The translations under genes were made by a program, and so were the position numbers. The notes below the pieces were generated by a model. It was not told the origin of the DNA. It searched no databases and saw nothing but the letters and a program-made list of their open reading frames with translations. 64,000 nucleotides of DNA. Source: Chiloscyllium plagiosum. Lineage: Eukaryota. Every line of letters starts with the position of its first letter. Within the stretch, counting starts at the first letter, position 1. The DNA is taken from the NCBI RefSeq assembly GCF_004010195.1, contig NC_057719.1, positions 76,614,849-76,678,848 on the forward strand. The letters run 5' to 3'. Below, one piece after another: positions 61,100 through 64,000 of this stretch.

Positions 61100-62385
61100 G
61101 AAATAAGCTGGGAAGTACTAACCTAATTATGCATGATGTAGAGATAGGAAAAACTGTTCCAATTAAGCAACGTCCTTATAGGCATAACCCACTAAAGTTG
61201 GCACAGGTTCAGAAGGAGATTGAACACATGCCCCAAGACAACATAACTGGTGAGTTACAGCAACAGAGCTCACTCATAGTAATGGTGCCAAAACCAGATG
61301 GTACCCAATGGTTATGTGTGGACTTTTGCAAAGTTGATGCAGTTACAAAGACTGATGCATATCCGATTCCACAGTTGGAAGACTGTGTTGAGAAGGTGGG
61401 ACAAGCAACTTAGATTTCTACTTTGCATTTGCTCAGAGGATACTGGCAGGTGCCTTTGTCAGAAAGAGCAATTTCAGCTTTCGTAATGTCAAATGGACGG
61501 TATCAGTTTAAAGTCATGCCATTTGGCATGAAAAATGCGCCAGCCACATTTCAGAGACTAACCAATAAGGTCATTGCTGGATTATCCACCTGTGTTGTTT
61601 ATATTGATGACCTGGTGATTTTTAGTCACACATGGAAGGGATATTTGCAACATTTATCAGACTTGTTTGTTCGACTTTGGAAGGCAGGCTTTGTGATAAA
61701 CCTGGCTAAAAGGGGATTTACCAAAGCCCAAGTCACTTTCCCGGACCATGTTATTGGACATGAACAAATGGGATGCAAAAACAAAGGTAACTGGGGAGTT
61801 TCCCATACCATCAACAAAAACAGCAGTACTACAGTTCCTGGGATTGAATGGACTTCATCGAAAATTTGTCCCAAATGTTAGTCGTGTGGATTGCTAAAGT
61901 GAGGCAAGAAATTTCAGTGGACAGCCGACTGTCAGAAGGCATTTGACAGCCTGAAAGCTGTGTTAGTCACTGCCCCAGTATTAGCCACACCAAATTACGC
62001 AAAGCCATTCAAGGTGGCTATCGATGCTAGTGATGTGGGTGTTGGTGCTGTGCTCTTACAAGAAGACAACGAGAAGATAGAAAGATATAAATACCTATCA
62101 GGTATTTCTCCAGGAAGTTGGACATTCATCAGCAGAAATGTTCGATGGTTGAGAAGGAGACTTTGAGTTTGGTGTTGGCATTACAATATTTCAGTGTTTA
62201 TGTACCAGGAATGTATCTGAGACAATTATATGCACTGATCATAACCCATTGGAGTTTGTGGAGAAATTTAAGGACAAAAATGCCAGACTGTTTAGATGGA
62301 GGTTGTTGTTACAGCCATTCAATTTAAAACTGTGTATGCAGCAGGACGGTAAAACATGATTACTGACACTTTGTTGAGACTTGAA
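61100..62385 (+). pseudogene. Reverse transcriptase and RNase H
   Basis: PIKQRPYR, LCVDF, GYWQVPL, MPFGMKNAPATFQR, YIDD; AIDASDVGVGAVLLQ, EKETL, TDHNPL. Confidence 0.93.
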
Positions 62386-63652
62386 TGAGAAACAGAGGTG
62401 TTTGGTGGCAGGGGTGACAGACTGAAATGGAATGTAATTGTGCATATTTGCACATTTATAGTCAGTGCAATGTTTCAGTGGATCTTAATATGTTTTAGAG
62501 TACTAACAAGATTTTTAAGGGGTTTTAAAATGAAGCCATCTCTGAATATTGATGGTTCATTTTTTTAAAGGGGAGAGGTGTGATGAATCTGCTCCTTTAA
62601 CAAGGTTATGCTGTCCTTGGCTTTATTTTCAGTGAGGTTGTAAATGCTACAGACTCTGAAAAGTCTGGTGGTTGAAGGGTTTTAAGGCCAATGTGATAAT
62701 GACTAACAGATACTGCCTCAGACAGAAGGCTTTCAAGTTAAAACAAAACACATGTACAATGGAAGGGGTGTGGCCAGTTCTCCCAACTCAGCTTTTCTCT
62801 GGTTTGGGTTTTTTCTAACAGTAATGTAGAAAAACTGTTGAACACAGAAGCAGGTCCAGGCTGGTACTCTTTCTCTGACTTATCTCCTGTAAGAACCTGT
62901 GTTGATTTTACCTTTGGTGCCAAGGGATGTCTATGGGGATTGTTGCAAGTATCTCAAAGAGCATCATTAAGTTGGGATAGTTTGTTGGGTTTTTGGATAG
63001 GATAAGTTATTCGGTATTCTGTTTTCTGTTCTTTGTGCTTCATTCAGTAATCTTGTTAATAAAATCTGTTTTGTTTAAAACTAAGTGCTTTGACCAGCTA
63101 ATTCTCTCCTGGAATATCCACTTACAAATGTTTAAAACTATCAAAGTTAGGGTCTGGGCTACCATCTTGAACTGTTTTGAGGTATCTGGCCTAGCCCATA
63201 ACACCTCAACTACTCAACTTGTACAGATTGTTTGACAGTCATGTCAGAGGTCTATTCTGAACAGTTCGAGAGGATTTGTATGTAAAGTGCCACTGGGCAT
63301 AGATTCTGCAGCTTCTATTTTAGGAGAGGTTTCATCCAGTTTAGCCTGACAGCAAAGTCGTAAATGGGGGATGTGTACTTTTATCTAGTTGTGGGGTTTA
63401 CCAAAATGGCTGACGTAAGAGATAGCATGCTTTCATCCAGCTACCCACAATTCTCTTTCAGAATAGACTGACACTCACCAAGTAATTATATTGTGGTAGA
63501 ACCAAATGTGGAGTTTCTTTCAAATCAAGATCATCTGGAAGTTCAAGTAAATAATCGACAGAATGAGATAGCACAGAAGGTGACCGTTTGGTTCATCATT
63601 CCTGTATTAACCCTTACTGGAGCTATCCAATTAATCTCACTTACCTGCATTT

Positions 63653-63820
63653 AGAATATAGAACACAGATCATAGAACATTACAGCGCAGTACAGGCCCT
63701 TCAGCCCTCGATGTTGCACCAACCTGTGGAACCAAACTGAAGCCCAACTAGCCTACACTATTTCATTTTCATCCATATGTTTATCTAATGCCCATTTAAA
63801 TGACCTTAAATTTGGTGACT
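63653..63820 (-). mobile_element. CR1 3' end
   Basis: Near-identical to 46785-46925. Confidence 0.85.
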
Positions 63821-64000
63821 ACTATTTCACTACGGGGGAATTCTTACAATGATATCACGGTATAATTGTAGATCTATTACAGCACTGGTTTCGACAGTGA
63901 CACAGTCAATATAACATTTGTCACTAATCCATTTGTTTGAAACAAGAAAATTCTCTCTGTCTGATGGAATGTGAACCATTGTGAGTTGCATCTTTGCTCA

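Larger units (their letters stand above)
59201..63203 (+). mobile_element. Decayed Gmr1-type Ty3/Gypsy LTR retrotransposon
   Basis: 37-bp 5'LTR remnant (59201-59237); tRNA-Pro-like PBS TGGGGGCTC… (59241-59259); gag, IN, RT, RH; PPT AAAGGGGAGAGG (62567-62578); 3'LTR TG…CA (62579-63203). Confidence 0.9.

Overview
Eukaryotic, repeat-dominated window with no recognisable intact host protein-coding gene, rRNA, tRNA or CRISPR. The repeat inventory points to a cartilaginous fish, most likely a shark (inference from repeat families): HE1-type tRNA/V-SINEs, Deu-domain SINEs, CR1/HER1-like LINEs with an SGNH-esterase ORF1, L2, RTE and Rex1/Babar fragments, and Penelope-like elements (PLEs). It is probably intronic or intergenic. 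Main structures: (1) two near-full-length decayed CR1 LINEs (8350-12998 on +, interrupted by an 806-N gap and a PLE; 46785-52410 on -, split by an antisense CR1). (2) A decayed Gmr1-type Ty3/Gypsy element (59201-63203) with the atypical gag-integrase-RT-RNaseH order, plus a related solo LTR with TSD at 265-857. (3) Further solo LTRs, three of them with TSDs. (4) About a dozen PLE pseudo-LTR copies carrying minimal hammerhead-ribozyme motifs, three arranged as ~200-bp palindromes. (5) A Harbinger Myb/SANT relic. Less obvious signals: three local templated duplications inside CR1 copies, a nested pair of L1/Tx1-like tails inside an LTR, and a CpG-retaining multi-hairpin segment at 37843-37935. 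Family names come from recalled consensus motifs, not database searches. Boundaries are approximate unless a TSD is quoted.
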